From Anaerolinea thermophila (GTDB taxonomy: Bacteria; Chloroflexota; Anaerolineae; Anaerolineales; Villigracilaceae), in NCBI GenBank assembly GCA_020722345.1, contig DYKZ01000001.1, forward strand, positions 18,108 through 82,107: DNA of 64,000 nt. The letters run 5' to 3'. The stretch's first letter is position 1. Every line of letters starts with the position of its first letter. A model generated the notes under the pieces. That model searched no databases. It was not told the DNA's origin and saw only the letters and a program-made list of their open reading frames with translations. Below are positions 51,949 to 62,689 of the stretch, piece by piece. A program made the position numbers and the translations under genes.

Positions 51949-52908
51949 TCAGGCGAGGGTAGTTGCCTTGCGCCAGTCATACTTCGAGCGCATCTTGCCT
52001 TCGTTCAGGCGCACGCGCTCATACTTGTCGAACTCGCACAGCGTGTGTTCGATGTCCCGGGCCTCGAACCGCGGCCCCACGTGCGGGCTCCCGAGCTGCG
52101 GCGGTCCGAAGGTTTCGTTGAAGCCCCGGGCGTCCAGGGCGTTCAGCTCCTGCATCAGCTCGATCATTTCCGCGTTCGTCTGCTCCGGGCGCGGCTTCGC
52201 GGCGATGTCCCGCCCGTACAGGCGGTTCAGCCCGCGGATCGCCCCGGGGCCGGCATTGGCCCATGTGTAGATGTCCGGGGCGTTGCGCAGGTAGCGGGTG
52301 TGGCGGAGGTCGGTCACCACTTCATAGGCCATGAACGGCCCCCAGCCCACATAGCGCGGCTCCTGAAACAGCTTCCACGCGCCTTCGAGGGTCTGGCCGG
52401 GCTTCTCCAGCTCCGCGGCGAACCGCTCACGGTCCTCCCAGAGACGGCCCAGGACGATCTCAGCGATGTAGCGGTGCTTGCTCCAGCTGTACCACTCCTT
52501 GGAGGGGTCGGACTCCGCGCGGATCATGTAGGCTCCGGTGTACACCTTGTTGCCGTAGCTGGCCAGGTGTTCGAGGGCCGCGGTCATGTGGCGCGGCTCG
52601 AAGTCCGGCGAGGAGGGCCAGGCGTTCGGGTAGTGCTTGATCAAGGCTTCGAGGGTATCGGGCCAGTTGATGTAGCGGGCGGCTGCGAGCATGAACCAAA
52701 GGTGGGGGTGATCCGCGAAGGGCTTGCGGATGTTCTCCTCAATCCAGATCGTCACGGTGTCCAGCTCGCGGAAGATGTTGCAGAACCGCCCATCACGCAG
52801 AACCGGGTCCGCGGTCCAGGGTCCGGGCTTCCCGGCCTTGCGGTCCAGGTAGATGTCGTGGCGAGCCTTCATGAAGGCGGCGATGTCGTTGATGCGCGGG
52901 GTGGTCAT
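51949..52908 (-). CDS. alpha-glutamyl/putrescinyl-thymine pyrophosphorylase-like (aGPT-Pplase / amino-acid:DNA transferase) paralog 1
   Basis: ATG 52908. 319 aa and helical, with FCNIFRELDTVT and GWGPFMAYEVVTDL. It is sandwiched between the TS-family enzyme and the P-loop kinase, as in known T-hypermodification clusters. Confidence 0.65.
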   Translation of the reverse strand: MTTPRINDIAAFMKARHDIYLDRKAGKPGPWTADPVLRDGRFCNIFRELDTVTIWIEENIRKPFADHPHLWFMLAAARYINWPDTLEALIKHYPNAWPSSPDFEPRHMTAALEHLASYGNKVYTGAYMIRAESDPSKEWYSWSKHRYIAEIVLGRLWEDRERFAAELEKPGQTLEGAWKLFQEPRYVGWGPFMAYEVVTDLRHTRYLRNAPDIYTWANAGPGAIRGLNRLYGRDIAAKPRPEQTNAEMIELMQELNALDARGFNETFGPPQLGSPHVGPRFEARDIEHTLCEFDKYERVRLNEGKMRSKYDWRKATTLA

Positions 52909-52919
52909 AGTCGGGGTCC

Positions 52920-53483
52920 TCAGCCCAAGTTCTCGATGACGGCCTTGATGTCCTTCAGGGCCGTCTCCCAGTGGATGTCGCGGACCGTCTCGCCGTCTGC
53001 CAGGGCCTTGTCGCGGACCCGGGCGATGGTGCGGTGCTTGTCGGCCACCAGGTCCTCCTTGATGGGCTTCCCGCCGTTGCGCTCCTGGATGCGCTTCAGG
53101 CAGACTTCGAGCGGCGTGTCCAGGAAGGCCCAGATCATTCCGCCGTTCGCCTTCGACCACTCCTGCCACGGACCGTAGATGGTGCTGACCACCACGCCCT
53201 CGAACAGGACCGCCTTCACGTCCGGGTCGCGCCCAACCAGCTCCGCGACGGCCTTGGCGGCGGCTTGGGTCTTGATCCGGTCCAGACCGGCGGTGGTCGC
53301 TCCGGCGGCGGCGGGGGTGTAGTCCCCGATGATGGCGATGCCGTCCGGGGCATACGTCACCGGGATCGGCTTGTGGTCCGGGACGATGACGTTGATGACG
53401 CGGCAAAGCGGATCGCGGGCCAGGCAGCGCAGCAGGGTGGTCTTGCCGGAGCCGTTACAGCCCCGCACGTTGATGTACTTCAC
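52920..53483 (-). CDS. P-loop kinase, probable 5-hydroxymethyluracil DNA kinase
   Basis: GTG start with AAGGAG upstream. Walker A GCNGSGKTTL. Function is assigned by context. Confidence 0.65.
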   Translation of the reverse strand: MKYINVRGCNGSGKTTLLRCLARDPLCRVINVIVPDHKPIPVTYAPDGIAIIGDYTPAAAGATTAGLDRIKTQAAAKAVAELVGRDPDVKAVLFEGVVVSTIYGPWQEWSKANGGMIWAFLDTPLEVCLKRIQERNGGKPIKEDLVADKHRTIARVRDKALADGETVRDIHWETALKDIKAVIENLG

Positions 53484-53510
53484 TTCTTGGTTCTCCTTTT
53501 CGCGTTCAAA

Positions 53511-54944
53511 TCAGTCTCGTACTGGGATGATAGGTATGCTCTTGCGCTCCTCCCCTTCTCCCGGCGCTACGGTGAATTTGTAGTCCGCCGCGCGCAGGGC
53601 CTTCGCGGAGCCGAACAGCTCCGACCCGCAGCGGGGCTTCCCGCCGTTGTCGTCCGCGCAGTGGAGACAGCCGGTGGGGGCGCACTCCTTGACCTCCTGG
53701 AAGGGCTGGCCCAGATCGGTCCGGGTGAACATCGGGACGCGCTGGCCGTGGCACTGGTCCGCGGTGATCATTTCGCGGCCCATCGAAAGCCAGGCCGGTT
53801 CGCCGGTTCCGGGCTTCCCGCGGCGGTACTCATAGCACGTCGCGTAGGTCATGCCCAGCTCCGTCGCCCACTTCCGGTACAGCTGGTGGGCTTCGACCCG
53901 GTACGGCTCCGCGATGGTCTTTTGGGCTCCGGCCTGGTTCTCCGTGAACAGGTCCGCGAAGGCTTTGGTGCGCTCCGGGCCGAACCGCTTGTGGAGGCGT
54001 TCGATCATCGCCGGTGCCCAGCTGTAGCCCGCTTCCACAAACTTCACGATCACGTGGTTGTTGCCGACCGCGGCCAGGCGCTCGAACAGGTGGCGGATGT
54101 CGTCATGGGTGACGATCCCCGGGACCACCGGATTGACCTGAATGGACGTGTAGATGCCCTGACGGCGCAGCTCCGCGATTTCGTCAATGTGGTCCTGGAG
54201 GGAAATGGCCCCGGGGGACAACTTGTGCCAGTCGCGGTCGTTGCCGGTGTTCAGCGACTTCTGGGCGTAGCTGTAGGGGTTCCGCTTCAGGAGGTCGATG
54301 GCCCAGGACGGGTAGCTGAGACGGCTCAGGAAGAAGATGGGCAGGCCCAACTCCACGAAGGCTTCCGCCCCCTGCTGGGTGTTGTGGTACACGTCCTCAA
54401 TCGGCAGGAAGGGGTCCGTGAAGCTGGAGAAGTAGCCCGCGGCGGAGGTCCGGGACTTCGAGAGCATGTTGCGGACCTGCTCGCCGTAGTTCACCGGGAC
54501 GCTGATGAGGCCGGTGCCGCGGTAGCCCCGGAACCCGCTGTTGACGTAGCAGAAGGCGCAACCCACGGTGCAGTAGCCTCCATAAGGCTCCGTCAGGATC
54601 GCCTCGCTGAAGCAGGGGCGGGCGCGGGAGCCTCGCTTGTCGTTGTGCTTGTCCTTATGCCAGCCCTGAAGGGGCTTGGCGTTCGGGATGCGGATGTGCG
54701 GGGGGTAGGTGACGTCATTGAAGCCAAGATACACCTTGACCTCCTTCTTGTCGTCATCCTTCGCGTTGCGGACCATCCCCACCTTGGCCATGCGGAACTT
54801 CGCGCGCATGCCGGTCAGCGGGTCCTCCTCCTCCTCGATTGGGCCCAGGAACTCCCGTTGGTTCGGGTCCGGGCGCATGAAATACTTGTAAGCCTCCTGA
54901 GCGGCTTCGCCGGTTTCTTCATTCAGCCATGCTGCGTGGTCCAT
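53511..54944 (-). CDS. radical SAM enzyme (SPL / DNA-photolyase-like class)
   Basis: It has the CxxxCxxC cluster YCTVGCAFCYVNSG. 477 aa. It is the first gene after promoter cassette 4. Confidence 0.85.
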   Translation of the reverse strand: MDHAAWLNEETGEAAQEAYKYFMRPDPNQREFLGPIEEEEDPLTGMRAKFRMAKVGMVRNAKDDDKKEVKVYLGFNDVTYPPHIRIPNAKPLQGWHKDKHNDKRGSRARPCFSEAILTEPYGGYCTVGCAFCYVNSGFRGYRGTGLISVPVNYGEQVRNMLSKSRTSAAGYFSSFTDPFLPIEDVYHNTQQGAEAFVELGLPIFFLSRLSYPSWAIDLLKRNPYSYAQKSLNTGNDRDWHKLSPGAISLQDHIDEIAELRRQGIYTSIQVNPVVPGIVTHDDIRHLFERLAAVGNNHVIVKFVEAGYSWAPAMIERLHKRFGPERTKAFADLFTENQAGAQKTIAEPYRVEAHQLYRKWATELGMTYATCYEYRRGKPGTGEPAWLSMGREMITADQCHGQRVPMFTRTDLGQPFQEVKECAPTGCLHCADDNGGKPRCGSELFGSAKALRAADYKFTVAPGEGEERKSIPIIPVRD

Positions 54945-54971
54945 AGTTCAACTCCTCATCTGTTGCGAAAA

Positions 54972-55000
54972 AGTTTAGTGCCTTACCCGGAAGAAGTAAA
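54972..55000 (-). promoter_or_regulatory. Promoter cassette 4 (TTTACT-N17-TAAACT)
   Basis: -10 at 54972-54977 and -35 at 54995-55000. Confidence 0.55.
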
Positions 55001-55015
55001 GCACTATGAATTGGG

Positions 55016-55848
55016 TCACTCCCCGATGTTCCAGAACACGATGGGGCGTGGGTGGACGGAAGCCAGGTTGAGCGGGTCACTCAGCCACTTCCAAGCCTTC
55101 AGGTCATAGAACGGGCTGCAGGGGAACGGGGCGGAGGCGTCCCGGGCCGCGTCCGCGTACCCGTAGCCCTCGTCAATGAACTTGATCCGGTCGCCCAGGG
55201 TCAGGCCCGCGGCCTTCTCGATGTATTCCCGGGCGGCGTCCTGGCTCCGCGAGTAACCCATGTGAAGGATGACGTTGTAGTTGCGGAGCAGGCCCGCCTC
55301 CTCGAAGCCCTTGAGCCCCCCGGCGGCGACCATCCCCGAGCTGATACTAATGACCAGGGTCCCGGAGCCCGGGAGGTGCGGGGCGGTGCGGACGGCCTCC
55401 GCGGCGTTCTCCGTGATCGACTCCGGGAGCTTCAGGGCGTTCGGCATCAGGTAGCTGTCGTGGTAGTTCTCCCGCAGGGGCTTCTTGGCCGTATGGTACA
55501 GGATCGCGGAGCGGCCCGCCGGGATGTCCACGAGGTCCGCCCCGAGCTGGCGAGCGTGCTGCTGTTGGACGCGCGGGGCGTCCGCGGCCCCGTCGCGCTT
55601 GAAGCGGGGCCAGTAGTCCACGGCCTGTTTCCCGAGCTGCTGACAGACGTAGGCGACCGCCCAGCCCGCCTTCGAGCGGTACGTGTCCAGACAGCCGATG
55701 GTGGTCTCAGGCCGGTTCTTGATGTGGGCGACCACACCGCGAATCTTGCTGAAGGACGGCCCCGGGAGCGGGGCGCACAGGTCCTCCCGCTTGACGATGA
55801 TGGGCACCCCGTTCAGTTCGTGGATTTCGAGGGGCGTGTTGTTGACAA

Positions 55849-55852
<4 letters not shown>
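55016..55852 (-). CDS. PLP-dependent enzyme (fold type II, ACC-deaminase/Trp-synthase-beta-like)
   Basis: It has VKREDLCAPLPGPSFSKIRG (Lys in an NK.RK-like box) and the Gly-rich phosphate loop ISISSGMVAAG. Confidence 0.7.
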
Positions 55853-56966
<1,114 letters not shown>

Positions 56967-57230
56967 TCACAAGTATGCGTGACTGATTTTCCCGCTCAGG
57001 TCCTTCAAGATGTCCCAATCAGAGAATTGGCGACTGAAGGAAGGCTCCATGCGGACTTCTTTGTTGACATGAATACGGGAATGGACCGTCAGCCACTTGC
57101 TGTCGCCGTCCTCCGTGATCACCACGTGAATCCACGGAGGTAGCTTGAAGGGCTCCATTCTGTATCCCCGCTCCGCCGGGTACTCCACCCGGCGGATCAG
57201 GTAGTCATAGGTGCGCTCCGAGGCTCCCAT
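56967..57230 (-). CDS. hypothetical protein
   Basis: ATG 57230 is preferred over the TTG at 57248. Confidence 0.5.
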   Translation of the reverse strand: MGASERTYDYLIRRVEYPAERGYRMEPFKLPPWIHVVITEDGDSKWLTVHSRIHVNKEVRMEPSFSRQFSDWDILKDLSGKISHAYL

Positions 57231-57240
57231 GACCCTTGCC

Positions 57241-57924
57241 TCAGCCAACCAGGCGGGTCTGGCGGGCGTCAGCCTTCGGGGCGGGCTTCAGCGGCTTGTG
57301 GGCCGGGATCGCGTGGCCTTCCGGGACCACGATGTGGAACCGCTCAGTGCCGTCCGCGTCGAAGGCGGAGCGGACCCCGTAGCCCTTCAGCTTCATGTCC
57401 CAGCCGAAGCCGGAGCGCACGGTGGCTTCGGTCCAGGGCTTGTTGCCGCCGCTCAGGGCTTCGATCAGTTCGGCCATGGTCGCACCGTTCGGGCGGGACA
57501 GCATGTCCAGGAGCATGGCTTGCTTCGAGCCCTCGCGGCAGGGGATCGGGGCGTGGCCCGGGGCGACCAGGTTGGTGCCGCGCGGGGCGCGGGCCTTCTT
57601 CTCCTCCGCGGACTTCGGAGCCTTCGGGGCCTTCGGAGCAGCGACGGGGGCGGGGGTTGCGGTTTCGTTCACGGTTTCGACCTTCTGGGGTTCGGCCTGC
57701 GCCTCAGCCTCAACTTCCGGGTGCGCTTCGGCGTAACGCTGAAGCATCTTCCAGGTGCGGGCAATGGCGGTGGTCTTGTCGGCAAATCGGCGGACGTTCG
57801 GGACGGACTCGCCGTTGCGGAAGGTGCCGATGACTTCGTTGTACAGCTCGACCAGGGCCGGGCCGGACAGCTCGCTCAGGGAGGCTTCGGTGTAGGCGAC
57901 GTTGTTGAAGTTGATGGCGTTCAT
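57241..57924 (-). CDS. hypothetical protein with C-terminal DUF3489-like winged-helix region
   Basis: It has SKQAMLLDMLSRPNGATMAELIEAL and a Lys/Ala/Pro-rich linker. It is the first gene after promoter cassette 5. Confidence 0.5.
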   Translation of the reverse strand: MNAINFNNVAYTEASLSELSGPALVELYNEVIGTFRNGESVPNVRRFADKTTAIARTWKMLQRYAEAHPEVEAEAQAEPQKVETVNETATPAPVAAPKAPKAPKSAEEKKARAPRGTNLVAPGHAPIPCREGSKQAMLLDMLSRPNGATMAELIEALSGGNKPWTEATVRSGFGWDMKLKGYGVRSAFDADGTERFHIVVPEGHAIPAHKPLKPAPKADARQTRLVG

Positions 57925-57975
57925 GGTAGGCTCCTTTTCTGGGGTTGAGGTGCGATCTTGTTCGACCGTGAGAGA

Positions 57976-58004
57976 ATCTTAACCCCAACCCCCGAAGAAG
58001 TAAA
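57976..58004 (-). promoter_or_regulatory. Promoter cassette 5 (TTTACT-N17-TAAGAT)
   Basis: -10 at 57976-57981 and -35 at 57999-58004. Confidence 0.5.
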
Positions 58005-58023
58005 GTGGTTTGACTAAACTTTT

Positions 58024-58529
58024 TCAGGTCCCCGTCCGAAGGCCAACAACCGTTGGACGGCGGAGGGCGAACCGTTGTACAACTTCTTCCCAGAAGGCCC
58101 GGGCGGCGTCCTCGTGCCCCGGCTTCCTGTACCAGTGGTTGCGCCCCGAGGTGTGAGGAACCACGGCGACCTCGAAGCCCCAGCGATCATCCGCGAACCA
58201 CTGGTGGAAGTCCAGGTGCTCCGCCGGATAGCCGAAGGCCACGGAGACGTTGCGCCCAACCAGAATCACGGACCGTCCGCCCAACAAGGGCTTCATCGCT
58301 GCGGCAGCAATCTCCGCGTCCCGGGCGGGCCACTTGTCGTCCCGCTTCCAGCGCCCCGGGAAGGTGTGGAGCAGGTTGGCGCGGTCGAAGGTCTTGAGGT
58401 AGTCCTTGGGCGATAGGCCGCCAGCTCCGCCAGTCGCCCTCCCGCGGAGGACCGCGGGAGGGGAGCCAGGGGCCGGTCGGGGTCCGTGTTAGGTCCGGGT
58501 GCTTGGCCGATCAGCAGGGGCTTGTTCAT
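58024..58529 (-). pseudogene. Uracil-DNA-glycosylase-superfamily gene with apparent -1 frame break
   Basis: ATG 58529 (GGAGGAA RBS) reads MNKPLLIGQAPGPNTDPDRPLAPLPRSSAGGRLAELA and then junk. The -1 frame continues LSPKDYLKTFDRANLLHTFPGRW...VILVGRNVSVAFGY...VVPHTSGRNHWY to the stop at 58024. The break lies near 58414-58424. Confidence 0.55.
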
Positions 58530-58674
58530 CTTCGGGTTCCTCCATTTCTTGGGTGATGTTCAGTTTGAGGGTCCGCTCCGGGACCGGGATGGCCCATTCA
58601 GCAAGGCGCATCCCGGTCATGAGCAAGAACCCGGCGGCGATCAGCAGGACCGCCTTCAGGCTCAGTTCTTTCAC
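58489..58674 (-). CDS. 61-aa membrane protein
   Basis: GTG 58674 (GTGA overlap with the RNR stop) with GGAGGGA upstream. It has the TM AVLLIAAGFLLMTGM and an acidic tail. Confidence 0.4.
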   Translation of the reverse strand: MKELSLKAVLLIAAGFLLMTGMRLAEWAIPVPERTLKLNITQEMEEPEDEQAPADRPSTRT

Positions 58675-60533
58675 TCGCACTCCCTCCGTCCGGTGGCCGG
58701 GTCGATGCGGCACTGGCTGGCGGGCTCCTCCGCCGGGGCGTCCGCTTCGGGCTCGCCGCCGTCATCCTTCACCACGAGGATGCCCGACCGCTTCCCGCCC
58801 AGACGGAAGGTGGTGCAGCCCTTCGCCCCGCCTTCCCAGGCGCTCACGTACACGTTCTTGAAGTCCTCCCAGCTGATGTCGGAAGGCACGTTGCAGGTCT
58901 TGCTCACCGCGGAATCGACCCGCTGGGCCGCGACAGTCAGGGCGGCGACGTGCTCCTGGACGGTGACGCGGGAGCAGGCCTTGCCGCGGACCCCGAACAC
59001 GCGGGCACCGTAGTCCTCCACCGTCTCCACCCGCGGGCCGCTGAACTCGATCACGGTGCGGTCGAAGCTGTAGGCGAACACCGGCTCAATCCCGGAGCTG
59101 ACGTTGTCGGCGCACAGGCTGATGGTCCCGGTCGGGGCGATGGAGGTGAGGTGGGAGTTGCGGATGCCGTATTTGGCGATGGCGTCCCGCACGTCCTCGC
59201 GGAGGGTCTTGATGAACTGGCCCTGGAGGTACTTGTCCTTGTCGAACTTCGGGAAGGAGCCCTTGACCTTGGCGATGTGGGCGCTGGCCAGGTAGGACTC
59301 ATCACGCAGCGTGTCCAGCACCTCCGCCTCGAAGGCGAGGAAGGCGGGCGAACCGTACTCATGGCCCAGGGCTTCGGCGGCGTTGGCCAGGCCGGTGATC
59401 CCGAGGCCCATGCGGCGCTTGTCCTTGGCTTCCTGCTTCTGTTGCGGCAGCGGGTAGATCGCGCGATCAACCACGTTGTCCATCGCGCGGACCACCTGCG
59501 GGAGGTCCTCGCGGTACTGGTCCCAGTCGAAGGCGTAGCGGCCCGCCCCGTCCTTGTAGATGTACTTGACCAGGTTGAAGGAGCCCAACAAACAGGCACC
59601 GTAGGGCGGGAGCGGCTGCTCACCGCAGGGGTTCGTGGCGGCGATGGTCTCGCAGTACCACAAGTTGTTCATGCGGTTGATCGCGTCGATGAACAGCACG
59701 CCCGGCTCCGCCCAATCCCAGGTTCCGCGCATGATCGCGTCCCACAGCGCCCGGGCGTCCACTTCGCGGTAGGTCCGGCCCTCGAAGGTGAGGGGGAACG
59801 GCTCGCCGGAGGCGACGCACTCCATGAACTTGTCGGTGATGGCGACGGAGACGTTGAAGCCGGTCAGCTTCAGGGTCTGCTGGAGGGACATGATCAGCTG
59901 CTGCTTCTGGGCCCCTTCCGGGAGTTCGGCCACGAGGTCCCAGAGCGGCTGAACGTCCTTCCCGGGTTGCTTGGCGTGAATGAACTCCTCGATGTCGGGA
60001 TGGTCCACGCGCATCACCCCCATCTGGGCTCCGCGGCGATGGCCGGAGGAGGCGACGCACTTGCAGATCGCGTCGAAGATGTGCATGAAGCTGATGGGGC
60101 CGGAGGAGTGGGACTGGAGCTTGCGGATCAGGTCGCCGCGAGGACGGAGGGTGCTGAAGTCATAGCCGATCCCGCCGCCCATACGCATCGTGGCTGCGGC
60201 TTCCGCGGCCCGGACCATGATGGAGCCTTCGCCGTCCACAAAGCTGTCATTGATCGTCCCGGAGACGTAGCAGTTGTATGGCGTGACTTGGCGGGTGGAG
60301 CCCATCGCGGACTGGATGCGGCCCGCCGGGAGGAAGCGCATGCCCAGGAGGGCGTCCCGGAAGTCCGCGAAGTGCTGGTCATCGTCCTTCAGGGCCGCGG
60401 CGATCCGGTTCATGGCCTCGCGGAAGGACTCGCCGCTGCCGCGGTACTTCTGGGCGTGTAGTTCTTGTGAGTAGGGTACTTGTGGACCGTGCGTTTTGCG
60501 AGTCTCCTTGAAGGGTTGAGGGTTTTCTATCAT
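58671..60533 (-). CDS. nrdJ: class II (adenosylcobalamin-dependent) ribonucleotide reductase
   Basis: 620 aa. It has ATNPCGEQPLPPYGACLLGS (catalytic Cys loop) and the C-terminal Cys pair CRIDPATGRRECE. Confidence 0.85.
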   Translation of the reverse strand: MIENPQPFKETRKTHGPQVPYSQELHAQKYRGSGESFREAMNRIAAALKDDDQHFADFRDALLGMRFLPAGRIQSAMGSTRQVTPYNCYVSGTINDSFVDGEGSIMVRAAEAAATMRMGGGIGYDFSTLRPRGDLIRKLQSHSSGPISFMHIFDAICKCVASSGHRRGAQMGVMRVDHPDIEEFIHAKQPGKDVQPLWDLVAELPEGAQKQQLIMSLQQTLKLTGFNVSVAITDKFMECVASGEPFPLTFEGRTYREVDARALWDAIMRGTWDWAEPGVLFIDAINRMNNLWYCETIAATNPCGEQPLPPYGACLLGSFNLVKYIYKDGAGRYAFDWDQYREDLPQVVRAMDNVVDRAIYPLPQQKQEAKDKRRMGLGITGLANAAEALGHEYGSPAFLAFEAEVLDTLRDESYLASAHIAKVKGSFPKFDKDKYLQGQFIKTLREDVRDAIAKYGIRNSHLTSIAPTGTISLCADNVSSGIEPVFAYSFDRTVIEFSGPRVETVEDYGARVFGVRGKACSRVTVQEHVAALTVAAQRVDSAVSKTCNVPSDISWEDFKNVYVSAWEGGAKGCTTFRLGGKRSGILVVKDDGGEPEADAPAEEPASQCRIDPATGRRECE

Positions 60534-60554
60534 ATCGCTGCTCCTGTTCTTGGG

Positions 60555-61748
60555 CTACATCATAACGATGTCAATGCGCTCCGCGGCGCGGGTGATCGCG
60601 GTGTACAACCATTCCTTGCGGTCCTTCCCGTACCACTCATCAAAGAGCAGGACGTTGTTCCACTGCGAGCCTTGGGACTTGTGGACGGTGAGCGCATAGC
60701 CATAGTCGAACTCCTCCGCGTCCTTCCGCTCCCAATACTCCGGCTTGTTGCCGTGGAAGTAGTGGGGGTGGGCGCTGACTTCGACCTTCGCACCGTCCTC
60801 GCCTTCGATGTCCATGATGACATAGTCGCCGTCGAAGATCGTGTCACGGCGGACCTTCCAGAGCTGGCCGTTGAGCAGGCCCACCTCGTGGTTGTTGCGG
60901 AGGCACACCAGCTTGTCGCCTTCCTGGGGCAGGGCGTTCGTCCGCCCGAGGAGTTCCCGGGCGCGTCCGTTGCTCGTGATTCTCGTGGCGTTCCTGCCAA
61001 CGAGGAGCTGGTCAGTGGACAGTACCATGTCCCGGAGTTCTTCGCGTGGCAGGCGGCCATAGGGGATCACGCGGCTGGCCCCGTAGTCGCCGGGGCGGAG
61101 CACGCGGCCCTCGCGGACCTCCTTGGACATCCAGATGATCGGGTTGTCCTGGGCCTGGCGGTGAATCTCCGTGAGCAGGATGTCTGGCTTGTTCTTGAAG
61201 AAGGGGGTGCCGCCCACGGGCGGGAGCTGTCCCGGATCGCCCAGGGCGAGGATCGGGCAACCGAAGCTGAGCAAGTCCTCCCCCATCTGCTCGTCAATCA
61301 TGGAATACTCATCCACCACGAGCAGCGCGGCCTCGAACAGGGGCGACTCCGTGTTGAGCTGGAACATCGGGCGGGCGAGGTTGATCTGCTCCGCCTTGAT
61401 CGCCGCATCGACCTTCTCCACGAGGGTTTCCGGGACGGGCTTGTGGGTGAGGAGCCGCGCCCGCTCCGCTTGGAGTTCCTTCAGGCGCTGCTGCGACTTG
61501 TCCTTGGGCGTGTAGATGAGCTTGTGGATGGTGCTCACGTTCGTCGCCCCGGACTTCGTGAGGACGTGCGCGGCCTTCCCGGTGTAGGCGGCGAAGTACA
61601 CCGGACCATTGACGGTCGCGGCGAGGTGTTTGGCCAGGGTTGTCTTGCCGGTTCCGGCGTACCCGGCGAGCTGGAACACGGGCTTGTCCCGGGTCTTGAG
61701 CCAGCGCCCAACCCGGTCCAGCGCGGTCTGCTGTTGCGGACTCCACAT
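60555..61748 (-). CDS. SF1 DNA helicase (RecD/Dda-like)
   Basis: Walker A LAGYAGTGKTT, Walker B LLVVDEYSM, plus TVHKSQGSQW and LYTAITRA. Confidence 0.85.
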   Translation of the reverse strand: MWSPQQQTALDRVGRWLKTRDKPVFQLAGYAGTGKTTLAKHLAATVNGPVYFAAYTGKAAHVLTKSGATNVSTIHKLIYTPKDKSQQRLKELQAERARLLTHKPVPETLVEKVDAAIKAEQINLARPMFQLNTESPLFEAALLVVDEYSMIDEQMGEDLLSFGCPILALGDPGQLPPVGGTPFFKNKPDILLTEIHRQAQDNPIIWMSKEVREGRVLRPGDYGASRVIPYGRLPREELRDMVLSTDQLLVGRNATRITSNGRARELLGRTNALPQEGDKLVCLRNNHEVGLLNGQLWKVRRDTIFDGDYVIMDIEGEDGAKVEVSAHPHYFHGNKPEYWERKDAEEFDYGYALTVHKSQGSQWNNVLLFDEWYGKDRKEWLYTAITRAAERIDIVMM

Positions 61749-61771
61749 GATGATCGTTCTCCGTTTCTGAT

Positions 61772-61799
61772 GAAAAAGAGGGGGCCACGAAGGCCCCCA
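61772..61799 (-). terminator. Rho-independent terminator upstream of the helicase gene
   Basis: The - strand reads GGGGGCC-UUCGU-GGCCCCC followed by UCUUUUUCA. A second 8-bp hairpin (ACGGCCCG/CGGGCCGT) lies at about 61805-61830. Confidence 0.6.
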
Positions 61800-61849
61800 G
61801 AAGGTACGGCCCGAGGGGGCGGGCCGTCCGGGTCGGTCCCCCCGGTAGA

Positions 61850-62689
61850 TCAGAACACCGGCTTGCCGCCGCCCGCGCCCTGGGCTTCTTCATCCGCGGA
61901 GCCCGGAGCCTGCGACTCATAGGCGGCGCGGGCCTTGCCCTGCTCAATCATCGACTTGATGTTCACAGCGGACTGGAACAGCGGGTCATCCGGGAGCAGG
62001 CGAGCCTGCTGGGCGTTCTCGCCGTCGAAGGCGATGGCGTCCCAGTTGAAGAACTGGCCCTTGTTGTTCTTCTCGCTCACGGTCTTGAGGCGGTAGCGGT
62101 GGGCGAACAGCGGAGCCGGAATGCGGCGACCGTCCGGCAGCGGAATCTGGATGGTCTTGGCCTTGGTCATCCAGCCCTTGTACTTCTTGATCTTCGTGGA
62201 GCTGAAGGCCAGGACCGCTTCCGAGGCGTTGCCGTCATCATCCAGCGCGATGCCGTACACGTAGAAGGTTTCGATCAGCTCGTTGCCGTCCGGGGTGCTG
62301 TACTTGCCATACTCCGAGGACGCTGCCTTGGCGTGGTTCACCAGATCGCTGTTGACTTCATGGATGCCCACGAAACCGCCGCCCGCATCGCGGGGCTTCC
62401 ACTCCACGTACACGTGCTGGGTGGTCGCCGGGACGAAGGCGATGCCCTTCTTGCCGTCCCAGACTTCGCCGGTGACGGTGTTCAGGATCATGCCCTGGCG
62501 CAGGCTGTCGTTCTCCTGGAGCTGCGGGCTGAGGGCCTGAAGAATCTGGAGGAACGGGATGCTGTAGTCATCGCTGGTCTGGTTCTCGAAACCCGCGCCC
62601 GCGTAGTCGGCATATGCGCCATACTCCGCCATTGCGGTGTTCTGTTCCTTCACTGCGACATCGGTGGTCTTGCTTTCGGTCTTGGCCAT
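61850..62689 (-). CDS. putative ssDNA-binding / annealing protein (Gp2.5-like?)
   Basis: ATG 62689 has AAGGAG upstream. 279 aa. The C-terminal tail SADEEAQGAGGGKPVF ends in an aromatic residue. It is followed by a terminator. The assignment is weak. Confidence 0.4.
   Translation of the reverse strand: MAKTESKTTDVAVKEQNTAMAEYGAYADYAGAGFENQTSDDYSIPFLQILQALSPQLQENDSLRQGMILNTVTGEVWDGKKGIAFVPATTQHVYVEWKPRDAGGGFVGIHEVNSDLVNHAKAASSEYGKYSTPDGNELIETFYVYGIALDDDGNASEAVLAFSSTKIKKYKGWMTKAKTIQIPLPDGRRIPAPLFAHRYRLKTVSEKNNKGQFFNWDAIAFDGENAQQARLLPDDPLFQSAVNIKSMIEQGKARAAYESQAPGSADEEAQGAGGGKPVF

Noticed and set aside
53511-54944. The radical SAM protein as the missing QueE of the deazaguanine pathway.
   Set aside because: At 477 aa with an SPL/photolyase-like layout, it is embedded in the T-hypermodification operon 50 kb from queD/folE/dpdA. 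QueE enzymes are about 210-250 aa, with different cluster spacing and context.
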